Assembly (NCBI GenBank): GCA_964533575.1
Contig: CAZHMG010000001.1
Coordinates: 11,385 to 75,384, forward strand
Direction of reading: 5' to 3'
From: an uncultured Thermoleophilia bacterium
Lineage (GTDB): Bacteria; Actinomycetota; Thermoleophilia; UBA2241
Length of the DNA stretch: 64,000 nucleotides
In this document: piece by piece, positions 55,959 through 64,000 of the stretch
Layout: the number at the start of each line of letters is the position of its first letter
Position numbering within the stretch: the stretch's first letter is position 1
Program-made: the position numbers and the translations under genes
The notes under the pieces: generated by a model
Seen by the model: only the letters and a program-made list of their open reading frames with translations
Told to the model about the DNA's origin: nothing
The model's database searches: none

Positions 55959-58943
55959 CTACACTTCGTCTGCCGTCACGGCCACGGCAAACGGCACGTC
56001 GAGCGCCTCGAAATGCCGCTTCCCGCAACGGACCTTGTCCGCCTCCGAATTGCGCAGCTTCATGAAGTCGCGGGTGCTCTTCGTCTCGCGCACCATGTAG
56101 AGCGCCTCGCCGTTCTGCTTCAGGATGGCCCAGTCGGGGTTGTAGCTGCCGACCGGCGTGTCGATCACGAACCAATGCGGGAGCTTGACAAAGAGCTTGA
56201 TGTCGTCGCGCTCGTCGAGACGGCGGGCGAACTCGCGCTCGATCTCGGACTCGTAGGGCACGTAGTCATACACCGAGCACTGCACTTGTAGGGCGCTCAA
56301 GTAGTCGATCAGCTCCTCGTTCTTGAAGAGCAGCATCTCCCACTCGGTCGCGGGTCCGGCGCCTTCGATGCGCTCGTACTTGATGCCGTCTACGAGCAGT
56401 CGCCGTAACTCGGCCTTGAGGATGCCGGCGACCGCGTCGAGGAACTGCTGCGGGTTAAGGAAGAGATCACCCAAGCGTCCCGACTCGGTGAGGATGCGTA
56501 CCAGCGTGGAGCGCGTGAGCTCGGTCTCGTTCTGCAGGTAGGCGAGCACGTCTGGGATCGGCAGGTCGGCCAAGTCCACGCGTTCTTCGGCGACGCTCGA
56601 AGCGGCAGAGGTGACGCCCGCCTTGTCGACCTTCAGGCGGCCGGCGCTGACGCGAATGAGCGGCCGCTCGATGCTCGGCATGCCCTTGATGTTCAGGACC
56701 GCGCGCCGCACGAGCTCGTCTGTGCTGAACTCCACGCGATAGGTCGTCTTCGGTTTGATGCGGTCCCAGAGCGCCTTGAAGTCGGCGCTCAACGTGATAT
56801 CTCGGCGCAGCTTGTTTGCGCCCACGTCGCGCGCCCGCCGGATGTGCCGCTCAATCTGGTAGCCGGCGAGGAGATCGACGACCGCCGGCGCGAGGTCTTG
56901 GTGAGCCGGCGGCAACTCGAGGGCGAAGCCGGCGCGGCGAGGGTCGAATGCCGGCTGGATGCGGCCGTCCGCGTCGAGCAGCCCTTGCTTGACGAGCGCC
57001 GCACGCACCTCCTCCGCGGCGGCGCGGCCGAGAGGCTGCTCGCTGCCGTCCACCACTCGGCTCAGCTTGGCAAAGGCCGTGAGCGGTACCTTGCCGAAGG
57101 TCACGCCACACTCGGTCTCGTACTCGATCTGCAGCGCGCGGGCGAAGTCCTCGTAGCTCTCGTTGGCCATCACGTAGAGCCGGTTGACCGACTCGTCGAA
57201 CACACGATCGCCGTTCTGATCGACCGGCAAACGCAGGCCGCGGCCGATCTCCTGGCGCTTCTTCATCTGGCTGCGCGTCTCGTTGAGCGTGCAGATCTGA
57301 AAGACGTTGGGGTTGTCCCAACCCTCACGCAGCGCCGAGTGACTAAAGATGAAGCGGAGTGGCTCGTCGAGAGAGAGCAGCCGCTCCTTCTCGCGCATAA
57401 TGAGGCCGTAGGCGTCGTCGTCCGCCGCGGTGTCGCGGCCCTCGTGCGAGTCCTTGACGACGCCCTTCTTGTCTTGCGCGAAGTAGCCGTTGTGAAGGCG
57501 CTCGACCGGCTCCTTGAGCCATGGGAGCGCTGCGTATCTCTCGTCGCGTATCAGCGCAGCCAGCTCGGCCTCAAACGCTTCGGCGAACTTGCCGCCTACC
57601 GGCTGACCGCCCTCGTCGTAGTCGCGGTAGTTGGCGACGCGGTCGATGAAGAACAGCGAGAGCACCTTGACCCCGCGCTCGCGTACCTCGAGCTCTTTCT
57701 CCAGGTGCCGGCGGATTGTGTGCCGGATCTGGGCGCGCCAGACGTCGTCGCGCAGACCGCCGGCCTCCTCGCCCAGACGAAGCGTGCGGCCACTGCTGAA
57801 GCGCACGTACTCGGCGCCGGGGTCGGCGTTGATCTCGGCGACCTCGTATCCGTTGCGGTACACAGCGCGTTCGTTGGAGAGCGCGTACAGGTCGGCGCCG
57901 GTCTTGACCGTCACCGACTTCTCCTTGGGGCCACCGACCGACTGCACGTGGATGCGCAGTTTGGCCCTGATGCGTTTCTGGTAGTCGATGCGCTCGACGC
58001 GCACGAAGGCGTCGTTGGCGGCGCCCTCGGCCACGGCGCTGGCGACGACGATCTGCTTGACGAGCTTAAGCTCGAAGGCGCGCACGGGGTCGAGCCGGTA
58101 CACAAGGTTGTACGGGTCGCGGTGCGTGGCCGAGTAGCGCAGGGTGCAGAGCGGGTTGAGCGCCCGGATGGCCTCTTGGGCCTTGTCGGTCGAGTCGACG
58201 CTCTGCGGCTCGTCGATGATGACGACGGGCCGCGCCGCCTGCACGAACTCGATGGGCTGGCGGCCCGAGAGCCGGTCGCTCTCCTTGTAGATCACATTGC
58301 TCTTGCGCTCCTCGTCGGTGCCGGTGAAGTTCTTGCGGAAGGCATCGATGTTGATGATCAGGATCTGCAGTGTCGTGCTGGTGGCGAACTGGCGCAGCCT
58401 GTTGACCCGCTTGGCGTCGTAGACGAAGTGCTCAAACGGCAGGTTGTTGTAGAGCGCCCGGAAGTGCTCGGCCGTGATCTCGATGTTCTTGAGCACGCCC
58501 TCGCGGATGGCCACGCTGGGCACCACGATGACGAACTTCTGGAAGCCGTAGCGCTGGGAGAGCTCGAGGATGGTACGCAGGTACACGTACGTCTTGCCTG
58601 TGCCCGTCTCCATCTCGATGGAGAAGTGCGGGCAGCGGCGCGCCTGGTCGGCGGGGACGTCGAAGACGTCCCAGGCCTCGAGCGGCGCCCCCGGGTCTGC
58701 CGCTTCGATGTCGTTTCGCAGCTGGATCGCTCTGGCATTCCCCAGCAGCTTGTCGTCGGCGACCAGCAGGCGATTACCGGCGCCGAGTTCAGTGCGCTCT
58801 TGACCGGCGAACATGCCGCCAAGGTCGCCGACGTTCACCACCGCGAACTCCGGCGCGCCCTGCGGCTGGCCGTCGAAGAGATCCGTGATCGCCGCCACGG
58901 CGTCGAGTTGAAACTGCTGGCTGGCGTCGAACTTGAGCTTCAC
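55959..58943 (-). CDS. res: Type III restriction-modification system restriction subunit
   Basis: IEMETGTGKT, IIDEPQ, LRYSATH, FIFSHSALREGWDNPNVF, QEIGRGLR and nuclease YNPDWA...ETK. Confidence 0.95.
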   Translation of the reverse strand: MKLKFDASQQFQLDAVAAITDLFDGQPQGAPEFAVVNVGDLGGMFAGQERTELGAGNRLLVADDKLLGNARAIQLRNDIEAADPGAPLEAWDVFDVPADQARRCPHFSIEMETGTGKTYVYLRTILELSQRYGFQKFVIVVPSVAIREGVLKNIEITAEHFRALYNNLPFEHFVYDAKRVNRLRQFATSTTLQILIINIDAFRKNFTGTDEERKSNVIYKESDRLSGRQPIEFVQAARPVVIIDEPQSVDSTDKAQEAIRALNPLCTLRYSATHRDPYNLVYRLDPVRAFELKLVKQIVVASAVAEGAANDAFVRVERIDYQKRIRAKLRIHVQSVGGPKEKSVTVKTGADLYALSNERAVYRNGYEVAEINADPGAEYVRFSSGRTLRLGEEAGGLRDDVWRAQIRHTIRRHLEKELEVRERGVKVLSLFFIDRVANYRDYDEGGQPVGGKFAEAFEAELAALIRDERYAALPWLKEPVERLHNGYFAQDKKGVVKDSHEGRDTAADDDAYGLIMREKERLLSLDEPLRFIFSHSALREGWDNPNVFQICTLNETRSQMKKRQEIGRGLRLPVDQNGDRVFDESVNRLYVMANESYEDFARALQIEYETECGVTFGKVPLTAFAKLSRVVDGSEQPLGRAAAEEVRAALVKQGLLDADGRIQPAFDPRRAGFALELPPAHQDLAPAVVDLLAGYQIERHIRRARDVGANKLRRDITLSADFKALWDRIKPKTTYRVEFSTDELVRRAVLNIKGMPSIERPLIRVSAGRLKVDKAGVTSAASSVAEERVDLADLPIPDVLAYLQNETELTRSTLVRILTESGRLGDLFLNPQQFLDAVAGILKAELRRLLVDGIKYERIEGAGPATEWEMLLFKNEELIDYLSALQVQCSVYDYVPYESEIEREFARRLDERDDIKLFVKLPHWFVIDTPVGSYNPDWAILKQNGEALYMVRETKSTRDFMKLRNSEADKVRCGKRHFEALDVPFAVAVTADEV

Positions 58944-59977
58944 GATGCGCCACCATCGGCGCCGTCCGGCAGATGACGGCGAAGCGCGTCGATCGCCCTT
59001 TGGTCCTCGGAATCCGCAGCCTCGCGCTCCAGCTGTCGGCGGCCAGCATCGAACTCGGCGTAGCGCTGAGCGGCCAGCTCCTCTGCCACCGCGGCGCTGA
59101 CCTGACCTGCGTGGGTGAGTAGCTCGCGTTCATTGAAAGTCAGGAAGACGTCGAGCCGGTTCTCCCAGTCGCGCATGGTCATCGTCTTGCGCCTGCGTGC
59201 CTGATCCTCAGCGTAGTCCAAGTACATGACAACGATGCGGTCGAGCTCCTCGAGCTCGTCCGCCTGCAGGTAGTTCTTCGCGACGGCCACATCCTGTCGC
59301 CGCACCCGACCGGCCGCCCACGATTGCAGGCCCATGTTGGGCTTTGCGGCGTCGGCTCGCTCCACGACGATCTCTGCCGCGGTCTGCCCAGTGACTGCCC
59401 ACAGCATCTTGTTCTGGACCTTCTTGAAGAAGAGCTGGGCGACCTCGCTGCGCGAGTCGTAGTCGACCGCCGTTGCGTAGAGGTCACGCACCTTCTGATA
59501 GAAGCGCTTTTCCGAGGCTCGAATCTCGCGGATGCGCGCCAGCCACTCATCGAAGTAGTCCCAGCCGCCGGGCTCCTTGAGGCGGGCATCGTCCATGACG
59601 AAGCCCTTGATCAGGTACTCGCGAAGACTTGTGGTCGCCCATTGCCGAAACTGGGTCCCGCGGGGACTGCGCACGCGATAGCCGATGGCAAGGATCATGT
59701 CGAGGTTGTAGAACCGAACGCGGTAAGCCTTGCCGTCAGCGGCAGTTGTCAAAGATTCTTTGACAACTGCCGCGGCCTCTAGCTCTCCCTCTGCCAAGAT
59801 GTTGCGCGCGTGCACGCTGATGTTCTGTTTGCTCGTCTGGAAGAGCTCGGCCAACGCCATCTGCGTGAGCCACACCGTGCCCTGACTTACGCGCAGCTGG
59901 ACGGCCGCCGCACCGTCCTCAGTCGTGTAGAGGATGAGCTCGCCGGCGCCTTCGACAGGGATGGGATGGTTCGACAT
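58940..59977 (-). CDS. rhuM: RhuM family protein
   Basis: VWLTQ, YNLDMILAIGYRVRSPRGTQFRQWA, IRASEKRFYQK, VQNKM and AKNYL. Start set at ATG 59977. Confidence 0.9.
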   Translation of the reverse strand: MSNHPIPVEGAGELILYTTEDGAAAVQLRVSQGTVWLTQMALAELFQTSKQNISVHARNILAEGELEAAAVVKESLTTAADGKAYRVRFYNLDMILAIGYRVRSPRGTQFRQWATTSLREYLIKGFVMDDARLKEPGGWDYFDEWLARIREIRASEKRFYQKVRDLYATAVDYDSRSEVAQLFFKKVQNKMLWAVTGQTAAEIVVERADAAKPNMGLQSWAAGRVRRQDVAVAKNYLQADELEELDRIVVMYLDYAEDQARRRKTMTMRDWENRLDVFLTFNERELLTHAGQVSAAVAEELAAQRYAEFDAGRRQLEREAADSEDQRAIDALRRHLPDGADGGAS

Positions 59978-59985
59978 GCGGCCCC

Positions 59986-61875
59986 TCACACCGTCTTGAA
60001 GCTTGTGACGCCCTTGGTCTTGAAGATCTGCACGGCATTGGCCTTGAGCTGGTCGTTGCCGGCGAAGCCCTCGTCCAGGCACACCACGCGCTCGGGCTTG
60101 CTGCCGGCCATCGTGCGGATGAGAGCAAGCGTGAGCTCGCGCTCGAGGCAGATGAAGAGCGCGCCCCCGGCCACGGCGTACACCGTCTTGCCGGCCATGG
60201 AGACGGTGTCCACCGCTGTGGTAAGCGGGAAGCCGCTCTTGAGGAGGATCTCGTAGAGCAGATCCTCGTTGGAGCGGCCTCCCCTCACGTGGTCGACGTG
60301 CATGTCGAGCTGCTCCTCGAGCGCCTGCCCGTCGTGCGCGACCTGGGCGTTCCACGGCTTGAAGTTGGACTCTGCCAGCTTGAACACGCGGAAGCCGCGG
60401 TCGGCCGTCGCGCCGCCGTCCAAGTCGAGCTTGCCCGCGTCCTCGTCGTTCAGCTTGGCGATGACCTTCCGTACGCGGCTCTTGGCCATGTCGGCGATGG
60501 TCACTAGGCTGTCCTCTGGAACGGGAAGGGGTTCGGGCAGCTGAATTGCGACAAAGCGTCTATTCCCGCCATCCTCGGCGTTCTGGGCCAGGACCGCATG
60601 GGCACAAGGCGCACTTCCTGCGAAGAAGTCAAGCACAACGTCACCGGCGTCTGGTGTCGTGCCAATGCGGAGAGCATGACGAAGCAGTCGAGTGGGCTTG
60701 ACCGAATTCAGGACATTCTCAGTATTCTGGAAATCCACGAACGCGAGCAGTTCCTCCTTCGCCTCTTGCGTATGGCCAACCTGGGTATGAAGCCATAACG
60801 TCTGAGGCACTACGCCTGCTCGGACGTCGGTCAGGAAGCGCTTGATCCTAGGTACGTTCGATCCATTCTCGCCCCAATAGATGCGGTTATCCCTATCGAG
60901 ATCCTCGAAACGTTCTCTCGAGAACCGCCAATAGGTGCCTTTCGGATTCGAGTACGTCGCACCGCTTGGGCTGGTCACTTCGTATTGACCCTTGCTGTAG
61001 TAGTTGCGTGCCTGGATAGCTCCAGACATCCATGGACCTCGATCATCACTATCCGGATTTGTGTATCGTGATTCTGTCTCCGATGATCTGGGGAGGAGTG
61101 TCGGCTGCCAAGTCTCCTTTTGACGACAGTACACTAGGATGTAGTCGTGGTCTTCAGAGAAGAATGCGGCTGTGTTCTTTGGAGAGAACACCTTCTGCCA
61201 GACCACCGTGGCAACGAAGTTCTCCTCGCCGAAGACGTCGTCGCACACCCTTCTCAAGCTTGCGACCTCGTTGTCATCGATGCTGATGAAGATCACGCCG
61301 TCCTCGCACAGCAGATTCCGCGCGAGGTATAGCCGCGGGTACATCATGTTCAGCCACTTGGAGTGGAAGCGGCCGTCGGTGTCGGTGTTGGTGCCGAAGC
61401 GGTGGCCCTGGTCGTCAACCTGCCCGGTGTACTCTAAATAGGTCTGAAGGCTCTCGGTGTAGTTATCGGGGTAGATGAAGTCGTTGCCGGTGTTGTAGGG
61501 CGGGTCAATGTAGATCATCTTGACCTTGCCCAGGTACGACTTCTGCAGCAGCTTGAGGACCTCGAGGTTATCGCCCTCGATGATGAGGTTCTCCGTGGTG
61601 TCGAAGGCGACGCTCTCGTCCGGCGACGGCCGTAGGGTGCCGAGGCTGGGCGCCTGGATGGTGCGAAAGCAGTCGGCCTTGCCCGGCCAGCTCATGCCGT
61701 AGCGCTCCTTGCCCACGTCGACCGCCTCGCCGAGCGCCAGTTTGAGGCGATCGAAGTCGAGCTTGCCGCCCTCGTTGCGCACCTCGGGGAAGAGGCGCAG
61801 CAGCTCCTGCCGCCGCTCCTCGGCGATGTCCAGGGAGCGCAGGTCCAGCTTGTCGGAATCGTCAGTCATCATCAC
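59986..61875 (-). CDS. mod: Type III restriction-modification system methyltransferase subunit (N6-adenine, beta class)
   Basis: IEGDNLEVLK, IYIDPPYN, HSKWLNMMYPRL, central TRD, KPTRLL and VLDFFAGS. Confidence 0.95.
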   Translation of the reverse strand: MMMTDDSDKLDLRSLDIAEERRQELLRLFPEVRNEGGKLDFDRLKLALGEAVDVGKERYGMSWPGKADCFRTIQAPSLGTLRPSPDESVAFDTTENLIIEGDNLEVLKLLQKSYLGKVKMIYIDPPYNTGNDFIYPDNYTESLQTYLEYTGQVDDQGHRFGTNTDTDGRFHSKWLNMMYPRLYLARNLLCEDGVIFISIDDNEVASLRRVCDDVFGEENFVATVVWQKVFSPKNTAAFFSEDHDYILVYCRQKETWQPTLLPRSSETESRYTNPDSDDRGPWMSGAIQARNYYSKGQYEVTSPSGATYSNPKGTYWRFSRERFEDLDRDNRIYWGENGSNVPRIKRFLTDVRAGVVPQTLWLHTQVGHTQEAKEELLAFVDFQNTENVLNSVKPTRLLRHALRIGTTPDAGDVVLDFFAGSAPCAHAVLAQNAEDGGNRRFVAIQLPEPLPVPEDSLVTIADMAKSRVRKVIAKLNDEDAGKLDLDGGATADRGFRVFKLAESNFKPWNAQVAHDGQALEEQLDMHVDHVRGGRSNEDLLYEILLKSGFPLTTAVDTVSMAGKTVYAVAGGALFICLERELTLALIRTMAGSKPERVVCLDEGFAGNDQLKANAVQIFKTKGVTSFKTV

Positions 61876-63794
61876 TCCACGTCTTGAGCGTAGTCTAGGA
61901 TCGCCCTACACAGCTTGTTCAAGGTCGGAGACTCGAGACCCTCGTCTTGAGCCGCAGTCAGCCAGTCGGCAATGAACAGGTCGTTCTTCTCGAGGTTGCC
62001 CTCCTGCGCGTAACGCAAGCGAGCCGCTTCCATCAGACGTGTGTGGTTGGTCCCAAAGTCGTTCTTCACGATGTCACCTAGCTTGGTCGGCCAGATCGTG
62101 TGGTCGCGGCCCCAGACGGCGTCCTTGGGAAATGGCTCCCCACTCACTCCCAGCAACGACATGAGAGCCCGATTGTCCTTCTCGTGCTTCGAGCGTCGAC
62201 CCTCTCTGCGCTCGTCGCCGTCTGCATCGAACACAACGAAGGGGGTAATGCTGAGCCCACGGGCCATCGCCAGGGGATTGATCAGCTTGTCTTTGCCGTT
62301 CACCGGTATCAGATGGCAGCCGAGACGTCTGAAGTCCGACCAATGGCCGGCAAGGTGCAGAGCTGTCGTCAGGTACGAGACGTCCTCTAGCCCCTCAACG
62401 AGGACGGGGACCCTCGCAAAGACCATCTCTGCGATGCCGGGCTGGAGTGCCTGGTGAATCTTGGCGACAAGGCCCTCGGTACGCTGCTCAGGATCCTCTC
62501 CCTTCGCGTAGCGAATGCGCTCGCATAGATCAATGTGTGTAAGGGCACGAACGGTTGCGGTGGCCATTGGCTTCGCGCGGCGCACGAGGCGCACGTTCTC
62601 GAAGCCTTCGCCGCTGACGAAGAGCGGAGAGTGTGTTGTCACAACCACTTGAGCATTTCCGTTCGCTAGCTGCTGCAGGACGTCAGCCAAGTGCCTTGCC
62701 TGCGGGGGATGCTGATACAACTCCGGTTCCTCACAGCCGAGCAGCAGGGTGGGAGCAGTCGGAGCCTCGCAACTCGCGATCTCCTGCAGCAGCGCGAGGA
62801 GGTAGGACCGCTGCAGACCGTGACCCATCCTAGCGAGGCCACCCTGGAAGCCCCCTTCTCCAGTACTGACGCCGACCGTGGGTTTCTGGATGGAGACTGA
62901 CTTGTTCGGGTCGTACAGCCAGTCCATATCGAGGCGAGCATCCGAGTGTGCCCATTCCCGGAGGCGCGTCTGCAGAGCCGTCGAAACGTCGTCCAGCGAG
63001 CTCTTTCGCTCCTCAAGGAGCCGGCAGTACTTCTCGTTGGTTTCGTCCTTGAGTGCCTTGAACTGGTCATCGAAGTCCTCGCGCGCCTCGACCGCTCGCG
63101 AGATCAGTCTCTCAAACGCACTGTTCTTGGATTCTTGTCCCTCCTCGCGCGCGTCCTTCACCGCTGGGACGAAGACCCACTGTACGTGCTTCGCGAGCTT
63201 TCCCTTTCCGCCCACTCCGTAGAAGGTGTCTTCGCTCTCGATCAGCTCGCACTGATCTGAGTGCTCCGACTCGTAGTCCTGAAGCGCCTTGGCCCTTGCT
63301 TCCGTCGACGAAGCGTTTGGCAGATCCGGGAACTCGTCGCGCAGCTCCCCGAAGATCGTCTTCAATTCGTCCGCCTTCGCAGAGGACTTGCGAGCTTCGA
63401 AGAACCGACGAAACGGATCCATGCCCAGCCGATGACCACAGTGCCGTACCTGACCAGTGGCCGAGCCGACGTCGAAGACGGCCTCGGCAGTGACCACGAG
63501 TGTGTCTTGTCGCACATAGTCAGACAACTCATCTCTGGCGCTCTGATTGAGGTCGGAGAACACCACCGTGATCCGAACAGGCTCAGCAACCTTCTTGAGA
63601 AAGTAGTCCTCGTCGATGAGACTGCCGGTGGGGGTGGGGGACGACGCCTGCTCGAGGAAGAAGACATTGAGCGCCGCCAGCACTGTTGACTTGCCCGCAC
63701 CGTTCGGCCCGACCAGGCACGAATAGGACCCTAGGTGGATCGTCTCGTCTTTGAATCCGCGGAAGTTCTCAATTCGAATTGACTCGACTCTCAC
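61872..63794 (-). CDS. OLD-family ATP-dependent endonuclease (ABC ATPase plus TOPRIM)
   Basis: IENFRGF, GPNGAGKS, GHGLQR, EEPELYQHP and TTHSP; TOPRIM VEGLED and DAD; ATGA overlap with mod. Confidence 0.88.
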   Translation of the reverse strand: MRVESIRIENFRGFKDETIHLGSYSCLVGPNGAGKSTVLAALNVFFLEQASSPTPTGSLIDEDYFLKKVAEPVRITVVFSDLNQSARDELSDYVRQDTLVVTAEAVFDVGSATGQVRHCGHRLGMDPFRRFFEARKSSAKADELKTIFGELRDEFPDLPNASSTEARAKALQDYESEHSDQCELIESEDTFYGVGGKGKLAKHVQWVFVPAVKDAREEGQESKNSAFERLISRAVEAREDFDDQFKALKDETNEKYCRLLEERKSSLDDVSTALQTRLREWAHSDARLDMDWLYDPNKSVSIQKPTVGVSTGEGGFQGGLARMGHGLQRSYLLALLQEIASCEAPTAPTLLLGCEEPELYQHPPQARHLADVLQQLANGNAQVVVTTHSPLFVSGEGFENVRLVRRAKPMATATVRALTHIDLCERIRYAKGEDPEQRTEGLVAKIHQALQPGIAEMVFARVPVLVEGLEDVSYLTTALHLAGHWSDFRRLGCHLIPVNGKDKLINPLAMARGLSITPFVVFDADGDERREGRRSKHEKDNRALMSLLGVSGEPFPKDAVWGRDHTIWPTKLGDIVKNDFGTNHTRLMEAARLRYAQEGNLEKNDLFIADWLTAAQDEGLESPTLNKLCRAILDYAQDVE

Positions 63795-63816
63795 CAGTCA
63801 CCCCCCCACCGGACAG

Positions 63817-64000
63817 TCACCGGACGTGCCACCGCATCGTGAACAGCGGCGTCTGATCGACGCTCTGCTCCAACCGGCGCCCGATCTCATCGAGCAGCTC
63901 ATCCTTCTGCCGGTCAATGTCGCGGCTGGCCGCGTCGTACGTACGCCACGCCTCGTCGCGGTTCTCCTCAAGCTTGCGCGCTGAACGCTGAAGTTCGAGC
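63817..64000 (-). CDS. C-terminus of a SNF2-type helicase of the kind found upstream of type III R-M (partial)
   Basis: Hand translation LELQRSARKLEENRDEAWRTYDAASRDIDRQKDELLDEIGRRLEQSVDQTPLFTMRWHVR*; a coiled coil ending in LFTxRW, a tail I recognise from these helicases. Confidence 0.65.
   Translation of the reverse strand, partial: LELQRSARKLEENRDEAWRTYDAASRDIDRQKDELLDEIGRRLEQSVDQTPLFTMRWHVR

Noticed and set aside
56844-58976. 710-aa plus-strand ORF
   Set aside because: Antisense shadow of res.
58940-60355. RhuM as a virulence factor, and its 471-aa long form
   Set aside because: The name is historical and the family is common in R-M loci; the extension overlaps mod, so the start was moved to 59977.
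61872-63794. Gabija or DISARM assignment
   Set aside because: No GajB/UvrD or drmABC genes are visible in the window.

Overview
High-GC bacterial window, probably an actinomycete of Thermoleophilia or Coriobacteriia type (inferred from gene content, not proven). It has five blocks. (1) 1-7.3 kb: a minus-strand operon of a PPDK/RPH-like phosphotransferase, a MacB-type ABC transporter, a divergent PlsY-like acyltransferase and a TsoY-like half gene, with a divergent sulfite-oxidase-family molybdoenzyme. (2) 7.5-23.1 kb: a 13-gene GntR-led catabolic operon with an Opp/Dpp-type ABC importer, two MOFRL glycerate kinases and a glycerate kinase-enolase fusion whose enolase active site is altered. 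(3) 23.2-33.7 kb: an IS481 remnant, an acyl-CoA ligase / serine hydrolase / class III aminotransferase / WS-DGAT operon, and an ABC exporter. (4) 33.9-46.6 kb: a 7TM histidine kinase and NarL-type regulator surrounded by five secreted surface-protein genes; every one of their transcription units is preceded by the same 20-bp palindrome (best copy GACTGTCCC-TC-GGGACAGTC), which reads as a complete regulon. (5) 51-64 kb: a defence island with a SNF2 helicase (partial), OLD-family nuclease, type III mod, rhuM and res, followed by a NucS-like nuclease, a GIY-YIG nuclease, a DUF429-HhH glycosylase-like fusion and a membrane protein of unknown function. I recognised no rRNA, tRNA or CRISPR array. 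All calls come from reading motifs by eye; no database searches were run.
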